Shown here: one piece after another, positions 1 to 13,573 of the stretch
Numbering within the stretch: position 1 is the first letter of the stretch
Layout of the letters: every line of letters begins with the position of its first letter
DNA from: Azolla caroliniana
Taxonomy: Eukaryota > Plantae > Polypodiophyta
Direction: 5' to 3'
DNA: 64,000 nt
Assembly (NCBI GenBank): GCA_043228905.1
Contig: JBHGNT010000001.1
Coordinates: 35,216,001 to 35,280,000 of the forward strand
Program-made: the position numbers and the translations under genes
The notes under the pieces: generated by a model
The model's database searches: none
The model's input: the letters and a program-made list of their open reading frames with translations, nothing else
What the model was told of the DNA's origin: nothing

Positions 1-2
1 AA

Positions 3-530
3 CAACATATGGGACTCAAAATTCTGTCTGACATGATGTGGGCTACACATGCACTACAGGAACAAGTGTTGGAAGGAGTTAGGTATAGAAGGAGGCTTTG
101 AGAGGTAGTCACAAGCTCCATTGGTGTCTTCAGACTCAACATCAATGATATAGTGGACTACATCATATATGGAGGAGGCACGGAAATCAACATATTAGGT
201 ACATCTATTCACATTCTTCTTTTTCTAACAATACAAGCTGTGTCTCTGAATCTCATGCAGGTCTACACTATCACCTCAACACGCTAGATGGTTTTTGCCA
301 CAAATAAGAGCTCATAGTAAACCTAGGAATAAAAAGACCATGATTTCTACATGTTCATGCTGACTCGCCAACAATCTCCCTTCACAATATTAGGACAGCA
401 AGTTGAAGTACTGGATTACTATGTAGAGCGACATTTGCAAGCTATGACCGAAGCCACCGAAGATCAACTCACTCGAGGATATGCTACTTTAGCCACGATA
501 GAACGACAGTGGCACCCAGAACACTTCTAA
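3..530 (+). pseudogene. Degenerate coding remnant of unknown family, probably TE-derived
   Basis: Protein-like frame QHMGLKILSDMMW...EINILG, an apparent GT-AG intron at ~198-260, then GLHYHLNTLDGF...GQQVEVLDYYVERHLQAM...WHPEHF*. It has two internal stops and a frameshift. No family motif recognised. Confidence 0.3.
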
Positions 531-1324
531 GAGCCCCATAGCAAAGTACGGTTATTCAGCATCATGGTCAGTACTATCGTCATGTATGACACCAATATCA
601 TGAAGTTTGAATATCTCACATTTGAGAGGCCTATTATCCGAGTCGCTCCTTCTGTTTAGCATGCACACGCTATGTAACTTCTTAAGACTTAAATATGTTT
701 TATCGTGTCTTAAAAATCAGGAGGTATTTGAGCCCATATGTTATAATAAGACAATTTTCGAATAGCAAAAGTGCAAGTTACATGAAATTGAGGGTTTTTG
801 CCATGTAAGTGTGTTAGTTGCCACGTTCACTCAAATGTTGCTCAAAGTTTCCAGACACCAAGTGCACATATTTACAAAGGAACAAAATCCGACAGAAATA
901 CATAGAATTTCGCCTACATTTCAATGAATATGTGGTATTTTATCAGTCACTTGCTATTCTTTTAATGCATGATAAGAGAACTCTGGTCGACTACTAAAGA
1001 AACGTCCACCACACTGATAGATGTGAATCTTAAATGGACCAGTTAAGCTATCTTGTTACTAAGAAGTGAAACCTCCTATGCTCGCATTATTGATTCCAGA
1101 TTCTTAGGATATAACAGACCGGATGTTTCTTTGATGAATTAATAATGATAAGAAAAAAACACAAATCTAATTTGAATAAGAAGAAAATATGTCAATGAGA
1201 GATAGAGACCATGCACTAACATTTCAGTTGATGGATTAATGATAGCAATAGAGAGCAAAGAATTGATTTTGAACAACAATTAAATAGATGGGGAGAGAAA
1301 AACAGAGACTTGAGCACCACAAAC

Positions 1325-1655
1325 CTCTCGATTCAGAAACCTTGTTTTCACAGAGCTTCATGTTTCGAATGGCGTGAGCAGAAGCTTTACTAAGCTCCAT
1401 CCTCACCTTCTGATCCTTACTAACCATAGTTTCTGTTCGATTCGACTCAGATGTCGTATCCTCGTGTGCTTGATCGGAGACATGGAGAAGATCGCCGTCT
1501 TTTTTTCCTTCTTCTTCGGAGATGAAGATGGAAGGGTCGGAAGAGGGAGAAGGGGAGGGAGGAAGTAGGTCACCATCGCTTGGCTGTGTTTTGAGCCGCT
1601 TATGTGTCTGGAAAAGCTGCGAGATTGTCGTGTTCACCTTCACCTTGGAAGCCAT
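1325..1655 (-). other. Putative first exon (MASKVKVNTTISQLFQTHKRLK...), possibly the N-terminus of a hAT transposase gene
   Basis: ATG at 1655, open frame to an AG|GTTTGT donor at 1325/1324, CT-rich leader upstream. It lies just inside a hAT-like terminus. No downstream catalytic exons found. Confidence 0.3.
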
Positions 1656-1937
1656 GGGAGGAGGAAGAAGGAAGAAGTGGTTCAGAGATGTGCGGAAGAA
1701 GAAATCGATCGAAGAAGACGAAGAGGGTCTACAGCTGGTGCAGAAGAAGAATGAAATGAATCGACGCAGGTGAGAGGGACAAACTGTGCGGGAGATTTTT
1801 CCCGCCCTTTTTCGTCTTCGTCTTGGAGGAGAATGATTTCTGATGCATTTTCTCTGAAACATAAGAATGAATGAATAGAATAGAATGTATGTGTGCATTT
1901 GACCCCAAACACACAACACAAGGCACAAATTTTGTGT

Positions 1938-2230
1938 TTGGGTTCGGTTTGGCCCAAACCCGGCTCCGTTCCGCTTGAACCTTGCGATACCGAGTTCAAA
2001 CCGGTTTGTGAAGCTCGAGCCTGAACCGAGATGAACGAAACCGACAAACCGTTTAAAAACAGTTTAATGGCTCGGTTGAGGCTTGAACCGAACCGTTTCC
2101 CCTTGCCATACCGAGCTCAAACCGGTTTGTGAAGCTCAAGCCAGAACCGAGATGAACGGAACCGACAAACCGTTTACAAACAGTTTAATGGCTCGGTTGA
2201 GGCTTTGAACCGAACCGTTGCCAACTCCTA
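1938..2230. mobile_element. hAT-like DNA transposon terminus with duplicated ~120-bp subterminal repeat
   Basis: Two near-identical ~120-bp units (~1980-2100, ~2101-2220) rich in AACCG/CGGTT motifs. They end in ...GAACCGTTGCCAACTCCTA (rev-comp TAGGAGTTGGCAACGG), resembling plant hAT TIRs of the TAGGG..GGCAA type. Confidence 0.55.
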
Positions 2231-2839
2231 GGGGCCTCTTCACTGGGTGTTCCTCTTACCGTGTGTGTCTCACGTCCTTCTTGTCACACTTACTTCTTCC
2301 TCGTGCCCAACCTCCACACCACCATCACATCTTGATTTGCATGCTCACGTTCTGAGTGTGAGTGAATATGCTCATGCCGACAACATTCACGCGCGCTCTT
2401 GCGCTTTGAGTAGGGAACCTGAACCCGTTTTAGGGTGAAGTGATGCCCTCATTTACAATATTGAAATAACATTTGGGGGCTAGTTGTAAGAGTGGACATG
2501 CTTGTTTGTTAATTTGTTTTATTGTAATCAACTCATCGTAGTTGTAAGTTGTTTTAATACTAACACAACTTCCATGCATCTTTATGACATCATATACTTG
2601 TCCAAGTTTTACCACATACCCATTGATTGACTCATTCTAGATAGTCGTGATATTCGAGAATAGAAAATGGCCCCAAGAATATTCATTCATTTTGGACAAT
2701 AAATTTACATAATAAAAAATAATCAATTCATTAAAAAAGGAAAAATCACTCGTTAATAATAAAAGTTTTAATTAAAGAGCTTATGAACCATGATATTCTA
2801 ATTCCTAACTTCTAAGTAACTCTTCTAAATTTAATTTTA

Positions 2840-4750
2840 AGAGTCTATGCGCTATCATATTCATCATCCATATCTTCGAGCTCATCAATAATGTCCTTAT
2901 GAGCTTCATTTTCATCGATAGCTTGGTTTTGCATTCTAAATAGCCTCTCATCATCTTCTTATTTGTTGATCCTATCTCATGTTACTTCAATTAGGCATAA
3001 TCCCCTTTCCCTTATTCTCCAAATGAGAATGATTTGCTATATTATTAGTTAGCATAAGCAAGTCAAATTAAATTTCTTGCATAGTAATATAATGGGAATG
3101 CATCAAACACCATGAGTCTTGATATGGACTGTGAAATTGTGGCCACATCTTAGGTGCCTGCATTAGTCTTCAATTCACATAGGTATCCTCAAATTACAAC
3201 AAAAGCTTGCATTTGCATGTGGACTTTGGGGTATTTCCTTCACCCTACACTAGCCACTTCACAACTCAAAAACTTTCACTCTTGAATAACAATCTAACCC
3301 TCACCATAAATGAATTTTCTTGTACAAATGAGCATTCTAGTAGATGCCCAAGAGTTTTACGATATATCTACGAATGAATCCTAACCTTTCATATCCATGT
3401 TCATTAATCCTTACTCTAATGACATGAAGAAATCATGGAAGATTGGACAACGTTGAGATGAGAAGAGAGACTTACCGAGTAACCCTAATTTAAAGGGAGC
3501 AAGATGTAGAGAGAGACAAGCATGTAGGCGTCATGTAAGAGGAGGCAAGGACATAGCCAAACCCTAACTTGAATCAGGGAACACGAAGTTTGTTGATGTT
3601 TGTTGTTTCAACTATTCAATGTTCCTTGCAAGCCATTCTCTATTCGCTACTCATCAAATACATTTTTGGAAAAACGTTTGCATTTGTGGGGGAGCCCCCA
3701 TGAATGCGAATATGTCAATCTATGCATATACCATTGTGGAATGCAAGGGTTGAATGCAATGCATTGTAGTCTCCAATGGACAACCTTACCAACTGAATTA
3801 TGATCTCTACATTGGTCGAAAGTTTTTATATATTCATCAAATGATGTTTCTAGCTTGTATTTTCAATTTGCCCATTGGTAACATTTGGTGCGTTTACAAC
3901 GTGTTTGTAAAACCATAAGATAACTCATTGTCAAACTGAGAGATGGTTGAAAAACAAGCACAATAGATACACCCAAGAGAAAGGTAGAGTCCTTCTAGAC
4001 TTAACAATAACGAGAGACACACTTAAAAAGAAAGGCATGTGTGTTTGTTTGAAGATGGGCGTATATAAAAATAAGTTGGATTTAGAGCAAAGAAAATTTA
4101 CTAACAATGAACAATTAGCAATAGATCTCCAAAATCAATCTCTTATTGTCAGTTGAAGAGAGATTCAAATGTGCAAGATGTTTAAGGCTTGCAAGTGATC
4201 TCATTCTCTTCTATTAATGTTTTCAACAACTTTTATATAGAAGATGGCGTAGTACCATTGGATGACATGCATTTGAGAGGTCACAATCCCACCATTATTC
4301 ACCTTTCATTGCATGTTCAAAACACAAGAGTTATATGTGATACTTTGGTATTGGCCATCTATTTTGTTCCCTTATTACATCTTCAATACAAGTGCATGTA
4401 TTACAAGTGTTTCAATGTTCTCAGCCATAGCCTTTGTTTTGCTCAGAGCTTAAACCACCATTTATTTTTCCTTTATATGCAATAGGAAGTATTGTATTTT
4501 CCTTGTCTTCACTACCTTTCTATATTGGGGCCATGCCACAACCCATTCAATTTGCAAAGTTCTATTGTTCTTATATGGTTTGAGATACATCTTACATTTC
4601 TCGTGATCAAACCAACAAACAATGACTTTTTTATGTCCGCCAATACACATTTGAGAGTATCAATATACTACCTCAAGCAAGGGCAACATCTTTCAAATGG
4701 TTTTCAATTTCCCGTAACATCATCACCTAAAGAGAGATATTGAGAAATGG
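2840..4750 (-). mobile_element. Highly decayed transposase-like remnant
   Basis: Fragmentary minus-strand frames ending in an acidic tail (DDERLFRMQNQAIDENEAHKDIIDELEDMDDEYDSA*), with many stops. Family not established. Confidence 0.2.
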
Positions 4751-5116
4751 TTCTCGAGCTACGTTTGCATATGTCCATCCTATAGAGCTTTATTGTAATA
4801 AGAATGAGAAGAGGCCAGCTTTATAATTTTCACGTAATTTGGGGACCTTTTTTCTGTAAGAAGGCCTTCCCTTTCATGAAAACCTTCTCAACGCCAAACC
4901 AAAATAACGTTAAAAATAGTTCATTCCTCCCTTCGATTCCTTTTGTTCTTCCTGATCGTGTACACACACGCACGCTTTTATACATAATTTCTGTCTCTCC
5001 GTGTTTTCTGCCCCGATCTGGAAGAAAACTCCTAGAAGCCATGGAAGCTCTGCAAACCCTAGAATTGTGAATGAACTTGTGAAAGCGAAAGCACCAAGGC
5101 AACCGAAAAGCCAGCT

Positions 5117-5230
5117 ATGGATTGGGAGCTTCTTCTGTGGTTTCTTTCCTTCTTTGCTGTTGCTGCGGCTCTAGGAATTCTGATTTACCAGGTCCTTTTT
5201 ACAAGTGTATATATGTGTTATTTATTTATG

Positions 5231-5276
<46 letters not shown>

Positions 5277-8200
5277 AACGTCTTTCTCTCATTCATTCTA
5301 CGCAGAAATGAAGATATTTCTCGATCTGTCTGGAGGAAGTTTTTCTCACTATGATACTTCATATTTGATTTCATGCTATTTCTTTGAAATATTTCCGTTT
5401 GCCTTCATGTTTTAGCATAAGAATATCAGATTTTGTAGAAGTGCATCAGGAGAGAATTTTAATTCATGGATAACTATTCTTGGCAAGCCAATAAAAGTAA
5501 AAATAAACAAAATAAGTGTTTAATAGCGAAAGCCAGGCTTGCATGCAACCTTGCCAACTTGAAAAGTTTCTATAAGAGGCATTTTTTTCCTACCAACATT
5601 GTAATGACAACCAAATGAAAGCGAAATTACTTTATCAAATGCATGTGGAGGAGTTTTGGCCTTGCCAGAGGACAGCAGTTCATTGCATGACATCATTGAA
5701 AGGCTAAATCAAGCTGAAAATAAAGAGAATTAATCTCTTATAGGGAAATACAAGGAAGGCTAAAAGAAAGGCTAAATGTAGAACATAGAGAGAGGCAGTT
5801 TTGCATGCAATCTTGCAATTTGCAGAGGCATTTGGGCCTCATTAGATATTGCATTGAAAGGCTAAATCAAAGTCAAAATAAAGATTTAGCCTTACATAGA
5901 TAAAATTCCCTATTTGGATCCAGCATAGAAAGTTACAAACTCGCAAAGCATTCCAGAGATATTTCAGTTTAGCTAGAAAGGGAACATGTTATCTGTCCTT
6001 TGAATACGTTGGGAGGTACGTCTGTAACAATTTCCTCTCTCTTCTCTGTGAAAGGCTGTTTCTTTATTTAGACTTTTGTTTGCAATGGTACCCAATTAAC
6101 TAACTTTCTCTAGAAAGGCCAAAATGCCTCTGCAAGGCTATGCAAGGTTTGCAGCTAGCAGCGTTATGTTTCACTGTTAAAGGTTTGTAACATTATGTTT
6201 CTCTTCCTCTCCATGTAGCATTGCAATGCTACTTAATCAACATAAATTTCTTTATTTCTTGTTGTTTAGCACGTGGTTGTTTGATGGGGCACTTGACTAC
6301 AATAAAGGGAGAAACTTTCATGCCATGCCTCTGAAAACAGGGTGGTTTCACTGCTCCGGGTCAATTATTAAAAAAGTGTTTGCATTCTTATTCTTGTAGG
6401 TCTCCTCAGTCTGAAAAAAGGAATGACAAAGTGGTAACGCATTGATTCACCCCTAGCCATGAATCATTCTGTATTTTGACACAAAGGTGAGTTCAGTCCT
6501 CCAAGGCCTCTGTGGAGATCTTGATTCAACCTTCTCATAGATGGATCAATTGGTTTCATGAAAAATAGAAACAATGCTGAAGATTTAATTTCATTATGCC
6601 CCTACCCAATGGATTAAGCTGCTGTACCCATTCACTTGCTGACCCATTATGCATAAGGTATGCCATTAACTAGAACCAACAACATGAAGCTTTGCTCAAG
6701 GGTTCATGTATGTGAAATTTAGTGGCTTTACCTCCAAAATCTACTGCGTTTTCTCAGCTTCAAGCATGCATTCCATTGAACATTAGTGGCTTCGCCTCAT
6801 TTTCGTAGTTTCGCTTTTTTAACTGATAGTTTGGATCAGATTTTGGGTATTCTATTCCATTCCAGGCATATGATGGGGTTTTTTAATCTGTTCCCCATGG
6901 TATCTATTTACTATCGGTCATTAAGGAACACTTACTCACAAGGGTGGTCCCCCGTATTCAAGTAATGTGATCCTTATTCAAAACTGGTGTCCAGATTCAG
7001 TAATGTAATCAAAATATTCAGGAGAGGTCCATGGGGCCATAACCTTCTTCGGCCAGATCTTCCAATCATTTCAGAATTCATTGAGAAAGGGTTCCCACCC
7101 ATCCTTACCTGCTACTTACTACTTACATGGACAAGGGAAAGCAACCAATGCTTTTGGACTGCCTTCCGTTTCATTTTCTTAAGCCTCTTTTGCTCTTTGG
7201 CACTAATGGAGTCTTAGTTTATTTCCTTTCCTTCGCTATAATGATGTTCAGGTTCGCTTAGTTTCTCAAGTTGGAGGCAGAGCTGCAACACATGACTTGC
7301 CTGGCAAGCTTGGATATGGTTTCTCAATCGACAACCATGAGATTTTGGGATGTCAGTAAGCTTATTTTCCACACCTGTCCTATCTCTGAGGACCATCCTA
7401 AACCTTTCCAGGTCTTTAGTCATTTCCGATATCCAGTTTGCCTTCTTTATGTGCTTGACTGATCCATTGAGATTGCTCATAAGAATCCAGATCATTTCTT
7501 CCAAGTTGTATGTTGTCAAGATGAGCTACATTTACCTTGATACCATTATACTACCCCATGTTGGTTCGCTTCTGGTCTACTGAAATGTGGTAGAAAATGT
7601 GTGGCACACCTGCGAACAGGCATAAATTTTTCTATCCACAAGTGGAGTTTGAGGCTCATCAACGATTGTGAAGAGGAGATATGGCAGTCTTTTGAGAATT
7701 CCTGATATGTGGAACAATGTGATGTTTGACTGACAATGCAATGAGAGCACGGGCTTGAGGGTCCTTACCATCCCAACTTGTTTTCAATGTTAAGCATGCC
7801 AGAAATATTAGTTTGGTCAGCCATTGCAAAAAGTTTACAGCAAAAAATATAGATGAGATATTGCAGTACCTGGTAGTTTTGTTCACCAAGATGTACTAAA
7901 GCAATAGAATACTTAAGAATTGTATAAGCAATGGGCTGAAAGAAATAGAGAAGAGTTACTCTACTGTGCTGAAAACTGGTTGCTGCAGTTGTGCAATTAG
8001 GGTTTGAGTCTGTTGCAGAGCTTGTTTTGGCTGTATCGCCACCAAAAATCTGATATGGGAGTATAAGTAGTAAAAAATCAGCCTCAAATCTACTTTCTGA
8101 AAACGTGAAAATAGAGAAAAATCACCTCTGCTGCGGTTTTCTGCTGGTCAAACTTTTTGTCACTATAAACAGAGGTTCGACATCGTCTTAGGAGGAAAGA

Positions 8201-10904
8201 GATCAAGAGAAAGATCTCTGTATGCCTATTGGGAAGAATAGGATAGAAAAAGTAACCTAAACCTGCTCTCATACCATTTATAAAAAATGCAGGGATCTTA
8301 ATAGGATACACATTAAGTGTAACATTTTGGTATGTATGAAGATTTATGTATCCTAGAAAACTATGCTTTCAATTATGCATGTGTTGTCAATAAACCACAT
8401 TTTTTCTCCTTTTATTACTGATTGTGATAAATTGTATTGCTATTTCTACTTATGTTAGAATTGGTCATTACTACTAGATTTATGATCTTCTGTTACTACT
8501 GAAAATTACTATTTTGCATTAAAACTGCTTTGAAAAGTTTAAGGTGCTAAAATAAACGTGTTTTTGTAACAGTTAATGTGCTTATCTGATCTGGAACTAG
8601 ATTACATCAATCCATTCGATTCTGCATCTTCAATCAACAAGTTTGTCCTTGTTGAGTTCATCATTCAAGGTTCCCTTTGTGCAGTGTATTTGTTAACTGG
8701 GCATTGGCTAATGGCATTGATTAATGCCCCAATGGTTTACTACCATGCAAACTTGTATGTGGTACTATTTTTTGTGCACATTATTTTCTTTGGATTTCAT
8801 CTTAAGTATCCAAAAGTCTGATCTGAAAATTGAAGCATGTGATTAATTTTGTCAACATTCATAGGAAAATTTACCAAAATGAGATTGGTATTTAGGGAAA
8901 CTAATAGAAAAGGCGGTTGTCACTGTAAACAAATGCGCTTTCCTCACTTGCTAAACGAATAAACAAGAATTTAAAAACTTAGGTTTTATAAGGTTGTTTG
9001 GCAAACATGAATTACTTTTGCAATTTCGTAAGAATTCTGGCCTGATTTACTTAAACTGTTAATATAGGAGACAACATTTAGATTTATAATATGTCATGTA
9101 GATGAAATATGGCAATAAAAGAGGCTCACTGATGAATTTATGAGCAAATAAGTCTTCAGGAAATGTGTTTATGGCTTGGTATACAGTAATTTACGAAAAA
9201 AGAAATCATTCATTGGTTATCATTGTAATTGTCGATAAATTAATTTTAATCAAATAATTCTCTAATCTCTTAATTATTAAAGATACTTGAACTTATTTTA
9301 ATCTTGTAATACATATATATTTGGAACAGGTACATGAAGAAACAATATCTGGTGGATGTAACAGAGATTTTTAATGTCCTTGGCAAGGAAAAAAAGTACC
9401 GCCTTATCAAACTTGGATTCTATGTTTTCCTCTTCTTTATTGTGATTTACAGGTACAGTTCCACTTATCGAACTTGCATCATATGTTTTCCTTGTCTTTA
9501 TCAATTTTGCTGTATTTCTTGATTTAAGTTTTTTGTTCGATCCTTGAGATAAATACGATCAGAGCTTTTGAGTGCACTAAATATAGTTTTTGAACGTAGT
9601 TTTTGAATATGGTTTTCTATACATCTTTATTTGTTTTGAGACACTATACCTTGATATCTCAACAAGGAGTAAATCTCATTTGTCAAATGTAATAGAAAAC
9701 TGATGTACAATCAGGTGGAATTTTATTCCAGCAGCAGATCTCTCTCCAGTATCATGGCTTGGGAAACATGTGTTCTGGTCAGGAGGATGGAATTTGTTGA
9801 TGTTAGATATAGGAAATATTATGGATGTTATGAGAAAGACATTGACAACAATTGTATGTGGAGGATCACTTTTCACGCATTATACTATACGTGATGCACA
9901 AAACTATCAAACCATTTTCCTGAAACAGTGGATCTGAACTCTTTGATATACGGTAGAGCCCATCCTTTGTCCACCATCTGTACAATTGCTTCCATATGCT
10001 CACATTCTCTTTAATGTGAGACAGGGTGTTGACTGCATAATATGCTCTGAACAAGTTCATGAGTCTTTAGTATGACACTTTGATACAATTTTTTGCCTTC
10101 AACAACATTTGAGTTTGTGTTTTACACATTGTCAATCCGGTCCATTCTTCTATACACACATTCCTGTCATAGTCACAGTGTGCATTCTCAATTGCAATGT
10201 TCAGTAGTAAAATTCGTGAACATTGAGAGTCACTACTCAATTCCACACATACTACATTATCTTGGTGTCATAGGTCATATTTGACTGCAGAGGATGCTAT
10301 TGATATCTATCCTTCTATTTATCAATTATTGCCCCTGCTGCAAATAATTCATTTATCTTCTTGCTGTTGGCCAAATCAACTTTCTGTTTCTCAGCTTCCA
10401 TAAAGAGATTTTCCGGGAACTTGGACAAAACTCTGCAGACCCTAGTGTTGTCTATTTTTAATATGGATTCCATTTTGTTAGTGTTACATACATTGCCCCA
10501 AAGTCAATGCTATGTGTGAACAATGAAGTTTTGACATAATCTTTTTGCATCTGTTTCATGTAAGATTTGAGGGGTCTCGGATAGTTTTATTTACGTTTAA
10601 ACATACTTCAAATAAAATTGGAGGAGAATGGTAGTCTATACCTTGATGTTTTCTGCCATATGATGAGGCTTAACAGTTCGGGACTCTGTTTCGGAGTTGT
10701 GATTGGAGAAGTCCTGCAAAGTTGGCTCCTGCAAAAATATTTAATTATTAACTGAAAATAACTGATTTGGAGTGCATGACTGTATGTATAATGTTAACTA
10801 CAAAATATAACTGTTCGGCTATTTGATTTGGCAGGTTAGTTCTGACGGCAGTACTTTCAGTTTTAGATGGTGATGATGATATTGCTCATCATGCACAGGC
10901 ATAG
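5117..10904 (+). CDS. CNIH: Cornichon-family ER cargo receptor (149 aa)
   Basis: Exons 5117-5191, 8573-8754, 9330-9452, 10835-10904, all GT-AG and phase-consistent (450 nt). Motifs YQLMCLSDLELDYINPFD, LLTGHW and LVDVTEIF are typical of cornichon/Erv14. Confidence 0.93.
5243..5275. repeat. (GT)n microsatellite in cornichon intron 1
   Basis: Direct reading; a (TA)n tract precedes it. Confidence 0.95.
7214..7890 (-). mobile_element. Degenerate retroelement remnant in cornichon intron 1, possibly DIRS-like (RNase H plus tyrosine recombinase fragments)
   Basis: Minus-strand fragments LHCQSNITLFHISGILKRLPYLL (resembles DIRS RH NI..HI.G..N..AD.L), then FSRPEANQHG and KSHGCRL (HxxR). Weak, degenerate similarity. 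Confidence 0.3.
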
Positions 10905-11386
10905 AGTTTGCTCAAGGTACCTCAAGAGTGATGCTGATATTGCTAGAATTCTAATTGCTGAGAACAAAACCTAAAAGGAAATTGCATGAACTGCAATTGT
11001 TTCAACATTATAAGGCTTCAGATTAGAACAATTCATTCATAAAGCGTAACCTGGTTAAATTTTCTCTTCATTTGGTTCAGGTCTATGCATAGGTGCTATT
11101 GTTGCCAATTTGAAGCCATATGTTTTTGCCCTTGTTCCCAATACTTGTTTTCTAGATGTAATCACCTTGAATACTGTTCCTGCGATGATGATGCCCAGCT
11201 ACTGTAATATGATGCTGATTTGGGTCAGAATATATACATTAGGGCCTACACGTGGGAATATTCATGTTCATTCATTTTTGAGTACTAATTCCTGCTGTTG
11301 TGTATGATGAAGTTATTTATTTCAATCGTGGTGTAACTTGCTACTTGATTATATGTATATTAAAATTACAGTTCTATTTTTATGTG

Positions 11387-11560
11387 TAATATTCTGAATA
11401 TCTCTTTGTCCCTGCAATAATCTGAATATTGATGTGGAAGGCATTGCGTATGGTAATCTAGTTGAAATTCACATTTATGTAATATTCTGAATATATCTCT
11501 CCCTGCTCTTCTGAATATTGATGTGGAAGACCTTATGTATGGTAGTCCAGTTGAATTTTG
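11387..11560. repeat. ~93-bp tandem duplication
   Basis: TAATATTCTGAATAT...CTGAATATTGATGTGGAAG...GTATGGTA..AGTTGAA occurs twice. Confidence 0.8.
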
Positions 11561-11697
11561 AAAATGAAATTCAAGCAGATTTTCTAGCTGGGAAATGTGT
11601 ATATGGCATGGTATAAACACATTTGTTAATAGCATGTTATGGATGCCATTTGGTTGTATAAGATCATATATTGAGGAATTGTAATAAACGATGATAA

Positions 11698-11930
11698 TTC
11701 TTGAGACTTCTGTTCGTAAACATATATGCGTTAATCTTGTAATAAATAATGATAACTCTTGAGACTTCTGTTCGTAAACATATATGTGTTAGTCTTGAGA
11801 CTTCTGTTCATAAACATATATGTGTTAATCTTGAGACTTCTGCTCGTAAACATATATGCATCAATGTTGAAACTTTTGTTCGCAAACAAATATGCATCAA
11901 TCTTGAGGGTTATGTTTGTGCACATATATG
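11698..11930. repeat. 36-bp minisatellite, ~6 copies
   Basis: Unit CTTGAGACTTCTGTTCGTAAACATATATGTGTTAAT, degenerating rightwards. Confidence 0.9.
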
Positions 11931-13573
11931 TGCCAATGTATTGTGATGATAATGAGAAGAGACATTAAACACTTAAGACTAAAACTTTCTTCATGTTTTG
12001 AAAAGAAAGGAGACTTTTTAAATACATGAGTGCTCACACAAAGAGAAGGTTAAAGCATGCTCACTGTCGATGATCACGATCCTCTTAACAAGTGTGCGCC
12101 CTTCATGTGACTTTTACATGGTTAATTATAGGTGTTTGCTTCTTGCTGTTCATGGATATCATTCCCTATGTATATACTTAGTTTATACACTCACTCTTTC
12201 TTTACATGGAGATCTTCCACTTGTTTCACACTCCTTGTCGGACAACAACACTACGGCTTACCTGTGAGTGATGGTTGCTGTGGGGGAAATCGTCTTGACA
12301 ATTGGGTGCGCAACCTGTGGAATGATGGTTTCTGTGGAGGAAATCATCTTAACAATTGGGTGTGCAAGGCACAGTACGGCAAATGCTTGGTGATAGCTGA
12401 GGTAACTTCTATCTTCTACAATTTTGGCATGAGTGGGGAGTAGGCAAACTTGATAATTGGAACCCAGGTTGATGGTGGAAGAGTTGGCAGCTTTTGAAAG
12501 TACCATGGGAATAGTGGTTGTGCCTTTTTTGTTCGGTTGGTAGAGTGGGAGCAGCTGACTTGCATCTTCTAAGATGTCATCCAGCATTGTTGGCATGGTG
12601 GCTTCTAGAGGTACAATGGGAACAACAATTGTGGCTTTTTCTTTTTGCAGGTGGAGTGGGAGTTTATCTCAAAATGATGTATGTCCTTGGTTTGGTGACA
12701 TCTTGGTTCCATTTGGACACAGCCAACAGCAGTAATCCATCATGAGGGAAGGTTGTAGTGCTGGAGAGACCCAACTACTTTGATAGACAATTAGACAATT
12801 TTCGAATGACTCTAGGGAAAGAGGGTACAAGAATTGTAATTTAAGGGGTAGTTATTGATTGACATGAATAAATTGTATGTCACATTACATGAACATGAAA
12901 TAGAAAATTGGATGCATTTTAAATAATAACTGTATATCAATAACGTGGATGCATACATTGATGTTACAGAAGTAGACCAGTCAATTGCAAAAGGCACTAA
13001 TGAAACCTTATTAAAGTTGGTTAAATGACTAACTAAACTATTTTTTTTTGTAATACCTTATTTGCACATGCAATATACATGTAGCATTACAACTGAATGG
13101 AAGCACAAATGCACACCACTGATTTAGTTGGCTGGGTATGAGATAGAGACCCAACCTAATCTAATGCAATCTTGGTTTGCAATAAAATCTAAAACCTTAC
13201 ACCAGATTAGGAAAGCAGTCACTTTGGTCCGCATGAAGACCATATCTGTGTTCAACCCCTATGTTAGTATGATCATTCATTTGAACACCAATGTATTGCT
13301 CAGCAAGAACATAGTTTACCGCAACGGTACATTCCCAATATAATAATAGTAAGGCGTAATGGGGTGGGGGGGATATATTCCCATGGGCATCATATTTAAA
13401 GCATCCCATTTAAGTTTCCTGACATCTTGCATTATACTGAATCTCAAAAACCTTTCCGAGGAGATGGGAATTCACAACCAATTACATTACCATAATTTAA
13501 TATACTGTTTCACCCATAGGCACATCTTTAGAATCTTGGCTTTTTCCCGACTCGGAAAGTTCAACTATTTCTG

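Noticed and set aside
11698-11968. 36-bp repeats as a CRISPR array or coding ORFs
   Set aside because: Head-to-tail minisatellite without spacers.
12132-12745. ORFs with a 54-bp internal duplication
   Set aside because: No recognisable domain or splice structure; probably TE debris.
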